From positions 17,374 to 81,373 of IMG/VR virus record IMGVR_UViG_3300021387_000272: 64,000 nt of DNA. One strand, given 5' to 3'. Origin of the DNA: a virus. Taxonomy: Duplodnaviria; Caudoviricetes. Position 1 is the stretch's first letter; each line of letters starts with the position of its first letter. This document shows, piece after piece, positions 63,494-64,000 of the stretch. The notes beneath the pieces were generated by a model. That model was not told where the DNA came from. It was given only the letters and a program-made list of their open reading frames with translations, and made no database searches. The position numbers and the translations under genes are program-made.

Positions 63494-64000
63494 CCTACCA
63501 CTCTATGTTGCCATAGCCAAACAATTAGTGATGCAGGGACGTAAGTAATTCTGAATTATTTCATCAGGCACCATTTTTTAATGTCCCATATAGTCTTTTG
63601 TTTGTTGTGGTCTGGACTGTCTCTTTACCATATTGAAATTCTTGCAAGATTAAATTTGCTTATATAGTCTTTTCTTTTATTTTTCCGTACTTGTCCTACA
63701 GCTTAACGTATTCACCATAGGGGTGCGCAGTTTATTTCACCTGAAAATACTTAGACTAACTTCACAAAATTAAAATTTCAACTTAGGTATCTCCCGTTCA
63801 GTCTCTACACGATTATGTGAAGTAGAAGTTAACTTCTTTATTCCTTTATAGAACTTACCATTTTCGCTCGGTATTGTCCTTACACATTATTGATTAGTGC
63901 TCTGTGCCAATCTATCCACAGAATTTTCGCATGAAAGGATTTCCACCGAATTTAGGAGATTCTACATAGGGATTTCTCGCCTATGCACTTCTTGTTTTGG
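63494..64000 (-). mobile_element. Group I self-splicing intron (5' end outside the window)
   Basis: P3 ATCTCC/GGAGAT; P element AAATTCGGTGGAA; Q AATACCGAGC; R GTGTAGAGACTG; S AAAGAGACAGTC (P7 GACTG/CAGTC); P8 TACC..TTGAAATT/AATTTCAA..GGTA; ACCAC/GTGGT pairing; CTATG-GCAA-CATAG hairpin; terminal G. Confidence 0.88.

Noticed and set aside
1-64000. CRISPR array, DGR (reverse transcriptase with TR/VR), integrase, rRNA
   Set aside because: No regularly spaced repeats, no RT motif (YxDD context), no recombinase and no rRNA-like sequence were seen.

Overview
A 64 kb piece of a crAss-like phage genome (order Crassvirales; host probably Bacteroidales, from TANNTTTG promoters and A-rich initiation regions without Shine-Dalgarno sites). 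There are two convergent blocks. The + strand (1-34.5 kb) encodes a tail ring protein, the muzzle protein and five large cargo/ejection proteins. One of these is a 1857-aa protein with two lysozyme domains. Another is a 3771-aa single-chain virion RNA polymerase with N-terminal RecD-like helicase, zincin, SLOG and DUF4326-like domains. The - strand (34.7-64 kb) carries a DUF932 gene, a block of small accessory genes and a PolA-type replication module (PolA, dUTPase, UDG, nucleases, rIIA/rIIB, primase, SSB, Sak4-like ATPase, DnaB, SF2 helicase), plus an RNAP alpha-CTD-like protein and tRNAs. Genes read cleanly in code 11. The most notable observations are: (1) a dispersed 12-bp motif, CCTCCAATAGAG, with 6 exact copies in different reading frames and both orientations, including two inverted pairs about 105 bp apart; (2) a group I intron inside a phage tRNA gene, truncated by the window end; (3) a non-canonical 101-nt tRNA-Leu-like RNA; (4) the polyvalent virion RNAP; (5) repeated [FYH]xxGG motifs that punctuate the first cargo protein. 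All calls come from reading the sequence by eye; no searches were run.
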